55,747 nucleotides of DNA from the NCBI GenBank assembly GCA_902784805.1, contig CACZWD010000017.1:1-55747 (forward strand), written 5' to 3'. The stretch is from an uncultured Ruminococcus sp. Its GTDB lineage: Bacteria; Bacillota; Clostridia; RUG12999. The position numbers and the translations under genes are program-made. Under the pieces are notes generated by a model. It worked only from the letters and a program-made list of their open reading frames with translations, was not told where the DNA came from and made no database searches. This document shows, piece after piece, positions 38,939-50,204 of this stretch (position 1 is its first letter; the number at the start of each line of letters is the position of its first letter).

Positions 38939-38982
38939 AAAAAGGCAGTATCAAAACGAAATCGTTTTGATACTGCCTTTTT

Positions 38983-38984
<2 letters not shown>
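38937..38984. terminator. Bidirectional terminator
   Basis: AAAAAAAGGCAGTATCAAAACG-AAAT-CGTTTTGATACTGCCTTTTTTT, a perfect inverted repeat. Confidence 0.9.
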
Positions 38985-41001
<2,017 letters not shown>

Positions 41002-41175
41002 TTATATATTTTATACCGCTTTATATATTTTACACCTTTTTTATAGTTTATGTCAAATTTTTCTTAAAATTAAATATTTTGTAAGAAAAAGACGAACGAT
41101 TTTATTTCCATTTTTTTCTGTTTTGTGGTAAAATGGTAATAAATGGAAATGTTACAAAAGAAAGGAAATTGCAAA

Positions 41176-41973
41176 ATGTTTAAGTTTAAGAAAAAAAAGC
41201 TGCCGTTACTTACCGAGATTTTAATTTCCGATATACTTCCGCCGCCGCAAAAGCCGAGGCGTTATTTTGAAATAACAAAGCTGGACGAGCTTTCACGCTC
41301 AATAAGGCGTTACGGCGTTTTACAGCCCATTTTGGTAAGACCGCTGGGCAAAAAATATGAAATTATCGCGGGTGAAAGGCGGCTTCGGGCGGCTTCTCTT
41401 GCGGGACTCAGGCGTATTCCGTCCATTGTTATGAATATGTCCGACAGCGACGCGGCGGCAGCGGCGCTGATTGAAAATATGCAGCGGGAAAACCTGTCTT
41501 TTCTTGATGAAAGCGGCGGTATGCGGAGTCTTGCCGAAAACGACTGTATGAGCGTTTCAAATCTTGCTTATATGCTGTCTGTAACCGATGAAACGGTAGA
41601 ACAAAAGCTTCGGTTTGAAAAATTGCCCGTGAGCGTTAAAAAAGCAATTTTGTATAATAAAATAACGGAGGAGCAGGCAAAACAAATCATGCGGCTTGAT
41701 GATGAGGAAACAATGCTTAAAGTGGCAAAAAAAATCGTTCAAAACGGTTATGATACCTCACAGACACGTGAGCTGGTCGAAAAAATTCTTTTGAGTGAAA
41801 TGCCGGTTTTACAGCCCAACAAAAAATATAAAGGCGGCGATTTAAGGCTTATACGCAACACCCTTAATAAAACCGTTGATATAATGAAGCGCAGCGGTAT
41901 GAGGGCAAAAGCCTCCGAGCGTGACGAGGACGGCTGTTATGAATACACGATTAAGGTTGAAAAGGCAAACTGA
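41176..41973 (+). CDS. ParB/Spo0J/Noc-like protein
   Basis: PRRYF, GVLQPILVR, IIAGERRLRA and LIENMQRENL motifs. C-terminal DLRLIRNTL of the Noc type. Confidence 0.88.
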   Translation: MFKFKKKKLPLLTEILISDILPPPQKPRRYFEITKLDELSRSIRRYGVLQPILVRPLGKKYEIIAGERRLRAASLAGLRRIPSIVMNMSDSDAAAAALIENMQRENLSFLDESGGMRSLAENDCMSVSNLAYMLSVTDETVEQKLRFEKLPVSVKKAILYNKITEEQAKQIMRLDDEETMLKVAKKIVQNGYDTSQTRELVEKILLSEMPVLQPNKKYKGGDLRLIRNTLNKTVDIMKRSGMRAKASERDEDGCYEYTIKVEKAN

Positions 41974-41995
41974 AAATTCCGGAGCTGCCGGAAAG

Positions 41996-42457
41996 CTAAT
42001 TTTCTTCCGCAAGATTAAAAACTTTTATGTGTTTCTTTCTTTCGGCATAGCGGAGGGTTTCGGCAGCTCCGCCCCAGGAATGATTTATGTGGCATATTAA
42101 AAAATCCGATTTGTCAACCATATATCTGTTTGCCCCGGCAATATGGTATCTTGCAGGCGTTGAAGCGGGTATGTCAGCCATTACAATACAGTCGTAGTTT
42201 TCGTAATACATTTCTTTGTAATCGTTCATACTTTTGGTAACATACGGAATTATCAGGTCAAGCGTTATGTCCCTGTATGTTTTTTTCAGTTCTCTGATTG
42301 CGGCGGCGGAGCAGCCGTCAAAGCCGCCGTAATTCCCGACAAGAAATTTTTTTACGTTTTCATTTTTTATAAGCATTTCAGCCGTTTTTTTAATTTTATT
42401 TTTAATATCGTCACCGTAAACCATGTTGTGTCCCGCAAAACAGCAAATTTTATCCAT
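41996..42457 (-). CDS. SLOG superfamily (DUF1273/YspA-like) protein
   Basis: CCFAGH, FLVGNYGGFD, NRYMVDKSD and GGAAETLRYA motifs. Confidence 0.78.
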   Translation of the reverse strand: MDKICCFAGHNMVYGDDIKNKIKKTAEMLIKNENVKKFLVGNYGGFDGCSAAAIRELKKTYRDITLDLIIPYVTKSMNDYKEMYYENYDCIVMADIPASTPARYHIAGANRYMVDKSDFLICHINHSWGGAAETLRYAERKKHIKVFNLAEEN

Positions 42458-42623
42458 TACTTTTATCACCTTTACCGCTTATTTTTTCTCAAATGCAATC
42501 TGATTGGTTACATTTTATCACATTTTTGTAAAAAATGCAAACAAATTATTCTTTTTTAAGAAAGTATTGATTGTCGATAAAAACAAACTTCCCGCATATA
42601 ATAATATATGAGGTGAGGCAACG

Positions 42624-42851
42624 ATGAAAAATAAAAACTTTGATATTTGGCTCGGCATTGGTCTGAATATTTTACATTACAGAAAAGAGCAAGGTTTAAC
42701 GCAAATACAATTAGCCGAAAAATGTAATATAAGCAGAACATATATGCAAAAAATCGAAACCGCCGCCTGTTCTTGTACACTTGACACGCTTATTGATATT
42801 GCAGAGGCGCTTAATATTCCGCTTAAAAAGTTATTTGAATTCAGAGATTAA
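42624..42851 (+). CDS. XRE-family HTH regulator
   Basis: RKEQGLTQIQLAEKCNISRTYMQKIE motif. Confidence 0.92.
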   Translation: MKNKNFDIWLGIGLNILHYRKEQGLTQIQLAEKCNISRTYMQKIETAACSCTLDTLIDIAEALNIPLKKLFEFRD

Positions 42852-42878
42852 GAAAGGACGGCGTAAAAACCGTCCTTT

Positions 42879-43014
42879 CAGAGCGCTGACAAACTCGGTC
42901 TAACGCAAGCAACTTTATTATTTTAAAACCCGTAACATTTTTTTAATTTTTTTTCTTTGTTTTATGTGAGCGGCGCCAGCCTCTGTTCAGCTTAATGACT
43001 TTGTCATTAAGCTG
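42879..43014. mobile_element. MITE-like element copy 2 (136 bp, 92-bp internal deletion relative to copy 3)
   Basis: CAGAGCGCTGACAAAC...CTTTGTCATTAAGCTG. Flanked by a 26-bp direct repeat AAAGGACGG(C/T)GTAAAAACCGTCCTTT (42853-42878, 43015-43040). Confidence 0.85.
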
Positions 43015-43099
43015 AAAGGACGGTGTAAAAACCGTCCTTTTTTAATGTATTCTTTTCGGGCGGATATTATCCGACCGAAAATTACCTCTCAAGGCTAAT

Positions 43100-44272
43100 T
43101 TATATCCTTGCCGAGCCGCTTTCGCGAGCCGCTTTCGCGACAGCCGCGGCAACGGTTTTTCCCACTCTTTCGTCAAACGCTTTCGGAATTATGTATTCGG
43201 GGCTTAACTCCTCATCTGAAATAAGCCCCGCAAGAGCGTAAGCCGCTGCCATTTTCATTTCAATATTGATTTCCTTCGCTCTTACGTCAAGCGCGCCGCG
43301 GAACAGACCGGGGAACACAAGCACGTTGTTTATCTGATTCGCGAAATCACTTCTGCCCGTACCGACAATTTCAGCTCCCGCTTTAAGCGCCTCGTCGGGC
43401 ATTATTTCGGGTACAGGGTTTGCCATCGGGAACATTATGCTGTTTTCCGCCATTGAAGCCACCATTTCGGCATTTACGCAGCCCGGACCGGAAACGCCCA
43501 CAAAAACGTCCGCGCCGCGCATCGCGTCCGCAAGCTTACCCTTCATTTTACCGCGGTTTGTCACCTTTGCCATTTCAGCCTGAGCCGGGTTAAGCCAATC
43601 CTCGCCTTCACAAATAATGCCGTTTTTATCACACATAATAAGCTCGCCAAGCCCTGCGCCGAGCATAAGCTTACCTATCGCGATACCGGCGGAGCCCGCG
43701 CCGTTAATAACGGCACGGACATTTTTAATATCTTTGCCTACGCATTTAAGAGCGTTCAGAACCGCCGCGAGCACAACAACGGCAGTGCCGTGCTGGTCAT
43801 CATGGAAAACGGGAATATCACAGCATTTTTTTAATTTATCCTCAATTTCAAAGCATCTCGGAGCGGCAATATCTTCAAGATTAATACCCCCGAAGCTCCC
43901 GGCAAGAAGGCTTACCGTTTTTACAATTTCGTCCGTATCCTTACTGCGTATGCAAAGAGGAATCGCGTCAACGCCGCCAAACTCTTTAAACAGCACGCAT
44001 TTTCCCTCCATAACGGGCATACCCGCTTCGGGACCGATATCTCCAAGCCCTAAAACCGCTGTGCCGTCCGTTACAACGGCAACGGTATTCCAGCGCCTTG
44101 TCAGCTCATAGGAAAGGTCATTGTTCTTTTCAATTTCAAGACAGGCTTCGGCTACGCCCGGAGTATAGGCAAGCGCAAGGTCGTGGCTTGATTTAACCTG
44201 AACTCTGCTTTTCATTTCTATTTTTCCTTTGAGGTCGTAGTGAAGCTTTAGGCTTTCTTCTTTTATTGTCAT
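43100..44272 (-). CDS. NAD(P)-dependent malic enzyme
   Basis: AYTPGVA, TDGTAVLGLGDIG, VFHDDQHGTA and NQINNVLVFPG motifs. Confidence 0.96.
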   Translation of the reverse strand: MTIKEESLKLHYDLKGKIEMKSRVQVKSSHDLALAYTPGVAEACLEIEKNNDLSYELTRRWNTVAVVTDGTAVLGLGDIGPEAGMPVMEGKCVLFKEFGGVDAIPLCIRSKDTDEIVKTVSLLAGSFGGINLEDIAAPRCFEIEDKLKKCCDIPVFHDDQHGTAVVVLAAVLNALKCVGKDIKNVRAVINGAGSAGIAIGKLMLGAGLGELIMCDKNGIICEGEDWLNPAQAEMAKVTNRGKMKGKLADAMRGADVFVGVSGPGCVNAEMVASMAENSIMFPMANPVPEIMPDEALKAGAEIVGTGRSDFANQINNVLVFPGLFRGALDVRAKEINIEMKMAAAYALAGLISDEELSPEYIIPKAFDERVGKTVAAAVAKAARESGSARI

Positions 44273-44408
44273 TCTTTGAGCATTCCTTTCAAAAATTTTT
44301 TATCATAATAATTATATCACTAAAAAATAACAAAGTAAAGTAAAATGTTGCAAATAAATAAAAAATGTGTTACAATATATAAAAAGAAAAAAATTGGCGG
44401 TAGATAAA

Positions 44409-44684
44409 ATGTCGGTTGTAATATTAAATTTTGCAAAATGCCGTTCGGCTGAGGAAATTCATAAGGCTGTAAAAAAAGCGTTTGCCTTTCCCGGGTATTA
44501 CGGGGAAAACCTTGACGCTTTCCATGACTGCCTGTGTGAGCTTCAGTTGCAGCGTATCAATATACATATACGTGGGCTGTATAATCTGACGGGTCCGGCA
44601 AAGGAATGTGGCTTCGGTATTTTAAATGTCATTAAAGATGTTCACCGCGAGAGCCGGAACATAAAGTATAAAATTATATCATAA
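44409..44684 (+). CDS. Barstar family protein
   Basis: FAFPGYYGENLDAFHDCL motif. Confidence 0.85.
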   Translation: MSVVILNFAKCRSAEEIHKAVKKAFAFPGYYGENLDAFHDCLCELQLQRINIHIRGLYNLTGPAKECGFGILNVIKDVHRESRNIKYKIIS

Positions 44685-44709
44685 AATTTTTAGTGGAGGG
44701 TGTTTTAAA

Positions 44710-45327
44710 ATGAAAGTTTTAATTATTAACGGAAGTCCCCGGAAAAACGGCAACACCGCTATGGCAATAAACGAAATGCAAACAGTGTTTGATTTTGGCG
44801 GTGTCGAAACAAAAGTAATTCAGATAGGCGGAAACGCCATACGGGGTTGCTCTGCCTGCGGCGGCTGCGCCGCGACCGGAAAATGCGTTTATGACGACGG
44901 CGTAAACGAGGCGGCTGAAATTTTTGAGGAAAGTGACGGACTTGTTGTCGCAAGTCCCGTATATTACGCGTCAGCGAACGGCAGCTTAATATCCTTCCTT
45001 GACAGACTTTTTTACAGCAGTCCGTTTGACAAAACAATGAAAGTCGGAGCGGCGATTGTTGTCGCGAGGCGGGGCGGATGCAGCGCGACCTTTGACGAGC
45101 TGAACAAATATTTTACCATTTGCGGTATGCCCGTAGCTTCAAGCAACTATTGGAACAGCGTTCACGGCAGAATACCCGGTCAGGCGCAGCTTGACGAGGA
45201 AGGTATGCAGGTTATGCGTATTCTTGCCGAAAATATGACTTTTCTTATGAAAAGCATAGCGCTCGGTAAAGAAAAATACGGTCTGCCTAAAAAAGAAAAG
45301 AAAATTTTTACGAGCTTTATAAAATAA
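44710..45327 (+). CDS. Iron-sulfur flavoprotein / flavodoxin family
   Basis: INGSPRKNGNT, CxxCxxC..TGKC, ASPVYY and SNYWNSVHG motifs. Confidence 0.93.
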   Translation: MKVLIINGSPRKNGNTAMAINEMQTVFDFGGVETKVIQIGGNAIRGCSACGGCAATGKCVYDDGVNEAAEIFEESDGLVVASPVYYASANGSLISFLDRLFYSSPFDKTMKVGAAIVVARRGGCSATFDELNKYFTICGMPVASSNYWNSVHGRIPGQAQLDEEGMQVMRILAENMTFLMKSIALGKEKYGLPKKEKKIFTSFIK

Positions 45328-45352
45328 AATGGGGGCGGATAATATCCGCCCG

Positions 45353-45580
45353 CAGAGCGCTGACAAACTCGGTCTAACGCAAGCAACTTTATTATTTTAA
45401 AACCCGTAATATTTTTTTAATTTTTTTTCTTTGTTTTATGTGAGCGGCGCGGTTTTCTCTGAAACCGCGCCGCTGCTTGCTTTTCGCCCTTTAAACCTCT
45501 ACCGTACACGAGATTTAAAGAACGAAATATACCTTCGTTTTTCAGCCTCTGTTCAGCTTAATGACTTTGTCATTAAGCTG
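45353..45580. mobile_element. MITE-like element copy 3 (228 bp)
   Basis: Same ends as copy 2. Flanked by a 21-bp direct repeat GGGG(C/A)GGATAATATCCGCCCG (45332-45352, 45581-45601). Confidence 0.87.
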
Positions 45581-45610
45581 GGGGAGGATAATATCCGCCC
45601 GTTAAAATTT

Positions 45611-46453
45611 TTAAACTATTTTAAGCAATTCCAGCAGTTTTTTGATACAAAGCTCAAAATTCACGCCATAATGGCTTCTGCCCGATGTTTTTATTGTCTG
45701 TTTTATACATTCGCATACAAAATCAACAGCCACCCTTGCCGCATCTTCAGATGAAAAATCCCGGAGCAAAGCCGCAAGCAGAGCGGAAGCGAAAACATCT
45801 CCCGTACCGTGATAAACTATATCAAGCTTATCCGAAAAAACATATTCGGTCTTACCGTTAAAGCATACCGCCGCGCCCATTTTTTCCGCGTCAAACGAAA
45901 CGCCAGTAATAACAACCGTTCCGCCGCAGATTGCGCACAGCTTTTCACAAAGCGTTTCAATATCTTTTTTATTTTGAATTTCACCGAGATACGGCGTATC
46001 GGTTAAAAAACACGCCTCCGTTATATTCGGAACAAGTACATCGGCTTTTTCGCAGAGAGCTTTCATACCCTTTACAAAGTTCATATCAAATCCCGCGTAA
46101 AGCCTGCCGTGGTCTGCCATAACGGGGTCAACAAGCGTAAGCGCGTTTTTTCCGAAATCGTCTATAAAGCTCTCTGTAAATTCGAGCTGTTTATATGAGC
46201 CGAGGTATCCCGAATAAACCGCGTCAAAAGAAGCGCCGAAGCTTTTCCAGTGGTTTGCTATGGGCGAAAGCTGCGCGGTTAAATCCATAAATGTATAGCC
46301 TTTAAAATCACCTGTATGCGTGGAGAGAAGCGCTGTCGGAAGCGGACAGACTTCAAAGCCCGCGGCGCTGAGCAAAGGCAGAGCGACGGTAAGCGAGCAT
46401 TTTCCTATACAGGAAATATCATTTATTGCTGCAATTTTTTTTTGTTTCTGCAT
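45611..46453 (-). CDS. pdxK: Pyridoxal/pyridoxamine kinase
   Basis: INDISCIGKCSLT, LSTHTG, VDPVMADHG, PNITEA and HGTGDVFAS motifs. Confidence 0.92.
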   Translation of the reverse strand: MQKQKKIAAINDISCIGKCSLTVALPLLSAAGFEVCPLPTALLSTHTGDFKGYTFMDLTAQLSPIANHWKSFGASFDAVYSGYLGSYKQLEFTESFIDDFGKNALTLVDPVMADHGRLYAGFDMNFVKGMKALCEKADVLVPNITEACFLTDTPYLGEIQNKKDIETLCEKLCAICGGTVVITGVSFDAEKMGAAVCFNGKTEYVFSDKLDIVYHGTGDVFASALLAALLRDFSSEDAARVAVDFVCECIKQTIKTSGRSHYGVNFELCIKKLLELLKIV

Positions 46454-46631
46454 GGCTTTTCCTTTCGTCAGATTATTCTGTAATATGTTAAAAATCTTCA
46501 TTATTTATTTTAATATAAAAGGGGTATAATAGTCAATAGCAAAAACAACAAAATTGTTTACAATTTGTTCATATTTTTTTAAAAAAAGAGGGTTATAATT
46601 AAATCAGAACAAAAAGAAAGGGTTGATTTAT

Positions 46632-48080
46632 ATGACAGATTTTGAAAACAACATAAATTCGGATAATATTCCCGAAAACATTGAGGAAACCTCCTCAAAC
46701 CTTGAACAGGCAGCGGAAACGGTATCGGAAAATACAGGAGATACGGCGCAGGGCTTTGAGCAGGCGGAAGTAAATGCTTTTAATACCGCAACGGAAACTG
46801 CCGCGGCGGAAGAAACGTCCGGCTTAAATTACACGGACAGCGCGCAGAATACGGGTTACGGCTACGGCGGCGGCTCTTACGGCGGAGGGTACAATTTTTA
46901 TTCCGAAAACATAAGACCGGCAGGGAGCAAACATAAAAAATGGCACACGGTTGTCGGGGTTATAGCAGGCGTTCTCGGCGGCATAATCCTTACAACGTCT
47001 GTCGGAAGCATAGCTCTTGTAAAAAGCGGGCTTATTAAGCTGCCTTCAAATGTAATTACCGAGCAAAACACCGAGCGAAACTCAGAAAATTCCTTTGATT
47101 TCAGCAAGCTTGAGGACGGCGAGAGAGAAGCGAAATCACTTGTTGATATTGCCGCCGAGGTCGGACCGAGCGTTGTTATGGTCACAACAACCGCAACGGT
47201 AAACACTTTTTTCGGTCCTTCATCACAGCAGGGCGGCGGTTCGGGAATAGTAATCAGCGAGGACGGCTATATTATCACAAACAATCACGTCATTGAAAAC
47301 GCGCAGCTTGTCAAAGCGACGCTTTCGGACGGCTCGGAGCACGCCGCGAAGGTTATAGGCGCAGACCCGAAAACGGATATCGCGGTTATTAAAATAGATG
47401 ACGCTTCCAACCTTACGGTGGCTTCAATGGGCGATTCCGATAAGCTTCAGGTCGGTGAAATGGCGGTCGCTATAGGCAATCCGCTCGGCAAACAGCTTAC
47501 AGGTACGGTAACGCAGGGAATTATAAGCGCCGTAAACAGAACGGTGCAGGCTTCGGAAAACACCTATATCAATCTGATACAGACAGACGCCGCGATAAAC
47601 GCGGGCAATTCGGGCGGAGCGCTTGTAAACGGCTACGGCGAAGTAGTAGGAATAAACACCGTTAAATACGCGGCTTCGGGCGTTGAGGGAATAGGCTTTG
47701 CCATACCGATAAACGATGCTATGCCCATAGCGAAGGACCTTATAGACCACGGTTACGTTGCGGGCAGACCGCTTATAGGCGTTTCGCTTATTGAGGTTAC
47801 AAATCAGCTTGCGGCAATAAACAATATTCCCGTCGGTCTTTATGTAAACAATGTCGAGCCGGACAGCGCGGCATCGGAGGGCGGAATCAAGGTCGGTGAC
47901 GTTATCGTTAAAGCCGACGGCAAAGAGGTTGCGACGGTTGCGGCGCTTAACGAAATCCGTGACTCCAAAAAGGTCGGCGACCCGCTTGAATTTGAAATAT
48001 ACCGTGACGGAAAAAATATTACGCTTACGGTGCATCTCAAAGAGGATAAAACAACAGTTCAGAAAGGTATTGAAAACTGA
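46632..48080 (+). CDS. htrA: HtrA/DegP-type membrane-anchored serine protease with PDZ domain
   Basis: TNNHVI, DIAVIK and IQTDAAINAGNSGG motifs. One TM helix and a PDZ domain. Confidence 0.95.
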   Translation: MTDFENNINSDNIPENIEETSSNLEQAAETVSENTGDTAQGFEQAEVNAFNTATETAAAEETSGLNYTDSAQNTGYGYGGGSYGGGYNFYSENIRPAGSKHKKWHTVVGVIAGVLGGIILTTSVGSIALVKSGLIKLPSNVITEQNTERNSENSFDFSKLEDGEREAKSLVDIAAEVGPSVVMVTTTATVNTFFGPSSQQGGGSGIVISEDGYIITNNHVIENAQLVKATLSDGSEHAAKVIGADPKTDIAVIKIDDASNLTVASMGDSDKLQVGEMAVAIGNPLGKQLTGTVTQGIISAVNRTVQASENTYINLIQTDAAINAGNSGGALVNGYGEVVGINTVKYAASGVEGIGFAIPINDAMPIAKDLIDHGYVAGRPLIGVSLIEVTNQLAAINNIPVGLYVNNVEPDSAASEGGIKVGDVIVKADGKEVATVAALNEIRDSKKVGDPLEFEIYRDGKNITLTVHLKEDKTTVQKGIEN

Positions 48081-48100
48081 TTTTTTAATATGTTTTAATT

Positions 48101-48142
48101 GTCGGCGGTGCGGCTTATTAAAAGCGGCACTGCCGATTTTTA
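48101..48142 (+). terminator. Intrinsic terminator after htrA
   Basis: GTCGGCGGTGC...GCACTGCCGAT followed by a T-run. Confidence 0.7.
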
Positions 48143-48383
48143 TTATATTGCAGGTCTGCAATCTGCGCAATATGTCGTATTTTTTCATTTTTTGTATTAT
48201 AATTTGTACAGATTAATAAATTTTTTCATAAATTTTTAAGGTAATTTTTGTAAAAATAATGGAAAAATCGAAAAACCGCTTGACATACGCATACCGCTTT
48301 TGGTATTATAATGTATGAGAATATCGGAAGATTTTGACTAATAAAATCAATATTTGCGGGCAGAAAGGCTTTGGTGAAAGGTT

Positions 48384-49475
48384 ATGAAAGTTTTAAAATT
48401 CTTACGTTCTCACAAGCTGTTTATTGTAATGCCCGCCTTTATTGCGATATTGGCGCTGCTTTTCTGCGGGGCTGTGCTATATATTTTCTATGCCGATATG
48501 AGAGGATATGAAACGCTTGTGTTTTCGGGGCAGGCTCCCGCTGCAAGGCGCTGTGCCGCTTCCGGTGATGATTATTATTACATATCCGTCAGCAAGGTGT
48601 ATGATAAGTACGGAAACGAGCTTATATCCGAAGGAGAAACATACAGTATTGCGGTAAGCGGCGAAAGCCTTTATTATGTTAATAACGACAGGCTTTGCCG
48701 GTATAATTTAAAAACGGGCGAAAAAGCGGCTCTTGAAGCGGGACTGTTATATGAGGGGCTTGCGGCGGATAAGGGAGCGGTCTTCGCGAAAGCAAGCGGC
48801 AATATTTATCAGCATTGGTTTTACCGCGCGGATAAAGAAACAAGAATTGAGGAGGAAGCGCCTTTTTCCGAAGCGGATAGGGTGACCGTATCTGCCGTAA
48901 AGGACGGCTACCGTTTTTTTGCGAATGACGATACGCTTGAATATTCGGCGGTTATAGCTGAAAACAACCGCATAATAAGCCGTGGTACAAACGAGCGCTC
49001 ACTGCTTTATATAAGCAACGAAAAAATAATCACTTCGGATCATGAAAAGAATGCGTTCCGCATTTACGGCACTGACGGGAAATATATTAAAAGCGTAGTT
49101 TTGCCCGAAGGGTATCACTACGAAATATCAAACATTTATTCGTCCGACGGAAAAATATATTTTCTTGCCCAGAAGCAAAAGGGGAATAAGGTGAAGGGTT
49201 ATTATAACCTTCCGAATCGGTTTCATATTTCCGATGCCGTTATGAGCTTTGACGGTGAAAATTTTGAAACGCTTTACGAATCGGGAAAAAATAAAAGAAT
49301 CGTGGGTTTTGACGGAAAAAATGTTCTCTTTGCGAAAGGCAGAAGGCTTTTTACCTCGAACGGCAGAGAAATCGGCACAATGAAAAAAAGCAAAACCTAT
49401 ATCTTTGAGCATTGCGCCGGCAGAGTATTTGTCCGGAACGAAGAAAACGAAATGATAAACACGTTTGAATGGTAG
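48384..49475 (+). CDS. Membrane-anchored hypothetical protein, probably beta-propeller-like
   Basis: N-terminal TM helix. Repeated short beta motifs (GESLYY, DGKIYF, DGKNVLF). Confidence 0.65.
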   Translation: MKVLKFLRSHKLFIVMPAFIAILALLFCGAVLYIFYADMRGYETLVFSGQAPAARRCAASGDDYYYISVSKVYDKYGNELISEGETYSIAVSGESLYYVNNDRLCRYNLKTGEKAALEAGLLYEGLAADKGAVFAKASGNIYQHWFYRADKETRIEEEAPFSEADRVTVSAVKDGYRFFANDDTLEYSAVIAENNRIISRGTNERSLLYISNEKIITSDHEKNAFRIYGTDGKYIKSVVLPEGYHYEISNIYSSDGKIYFLAQKQKGNKVKGYYNLPNRFHISDAVMSFDGENFETLYESGKNKRIVGFDGKNVLFAKGRRLFTSNGREIGTMKKSKTYIFEHCAGRVFVRNEENEMINTFEW

Positions 49476-49498
49476 CTTGACGGAAGGATGACGGGGCT

Positions 49499-49837
49499 GT
49501 GAATAATAATATAAGCGGAAAAATCAATTTTATATTAACCTTTGTGTTAATTGGGTTGATTCTCGGCACAAAGGTCGGTATGTACGGACTTTCGATTGTT
49601 TTAAAGCTTTTCGGGACGGCGGACGGAAACGTAATGTTTTTTGTTCCGCCTGCCGTACTCGCGGTTATCGCCGCCGTAATTTATACGGCGGCGGTAAAGC
49701 CTGTAAAAGCTGAAAACAAACCGCTTTTCGTTTTAAAAAGTATTTTATGTATAGCCTGCGCCACCTTAATAACACTTATTTGCTTTACGGCTTGGGTGGT
49801 ATTAAGCTTTTCCGTGGGAATGGGCTTTTTCTATTAG
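49499..49837 (+). CDS. Small membrane protein
   Basis: Three hydrophobic segments. Co-directional with neighbours. Confidence 0.65.
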   Translation: MNNNISGKINFILTFVLIGLILGTKVGMYGLSIVLKLFGTADGNVMFFVPPAVLAVIAAVIYTAAVKPVKAENKPLFVLKSILCIACATLITLICFTAWVVLSFSVGMGFFY

Positions 49838-49853
49838 GCAAAAGGAGGATAAC

Positions 49854-50147
49854 GTGAAAAGGACAGAAAAAATAAATTTCTTTTTGATTTTTATAATTAT
49901 CGGAACGATGGTCGGCGATTTGTACGCCGATTTAAGCACTCCGCTCATAAGGTACGGAAAAGAAGCTTTGTTTTTCTTCGCGCTCATATCGTGCGAAGCT
50001 CTGATTGCGGCAATATACATAAAGCTGACGGAAATCGTGCCTTTTAAAATGAAATACTTTGTTAAGTACGCTCTTTTTGGAATTGCGGCGTCCTTCTCCG
50101 CGTTTATTGTTTTTAATATTGCCGGAAAAATAATTTGTAAATTATAA
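49854..50147 (+). CDS. Small membrane protein (probable paralog of the previous gene)
   Basis: AAGGAGG RBS. KINF.L.F..IG...G start shared with 49499..49837. Confidence 0.7.
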   Translation: MKRTEKINFFLIFIIIGTMVGDLYADLSTPLIRYGKEALFFFALISCEALIAAIYIKLTEIVPFKMKYFVKYALFGIAASFSAFIVFNIAGKIICKL

Positions 50148-50204
50148 AAAACGCGATAACTGTGCGATTGCGACATAAAAAAATAAAAAATTTTTAAAAA
50201 ACAC

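Noticed and set aside
41176-41973. ParB as a plasmid/ICE partition or defence gene
   Set aside because: There is no parA, relaxase or integrase nearby. It resembles chromosomal Noc-like paralogs.
45431-45754. 107-aa ORF as a transposase fragment
   Set aside because: It runs through MITE copy 3 into antisense pdxK, shows no DDE or HUH motifs, and is not preserved in the other copies.
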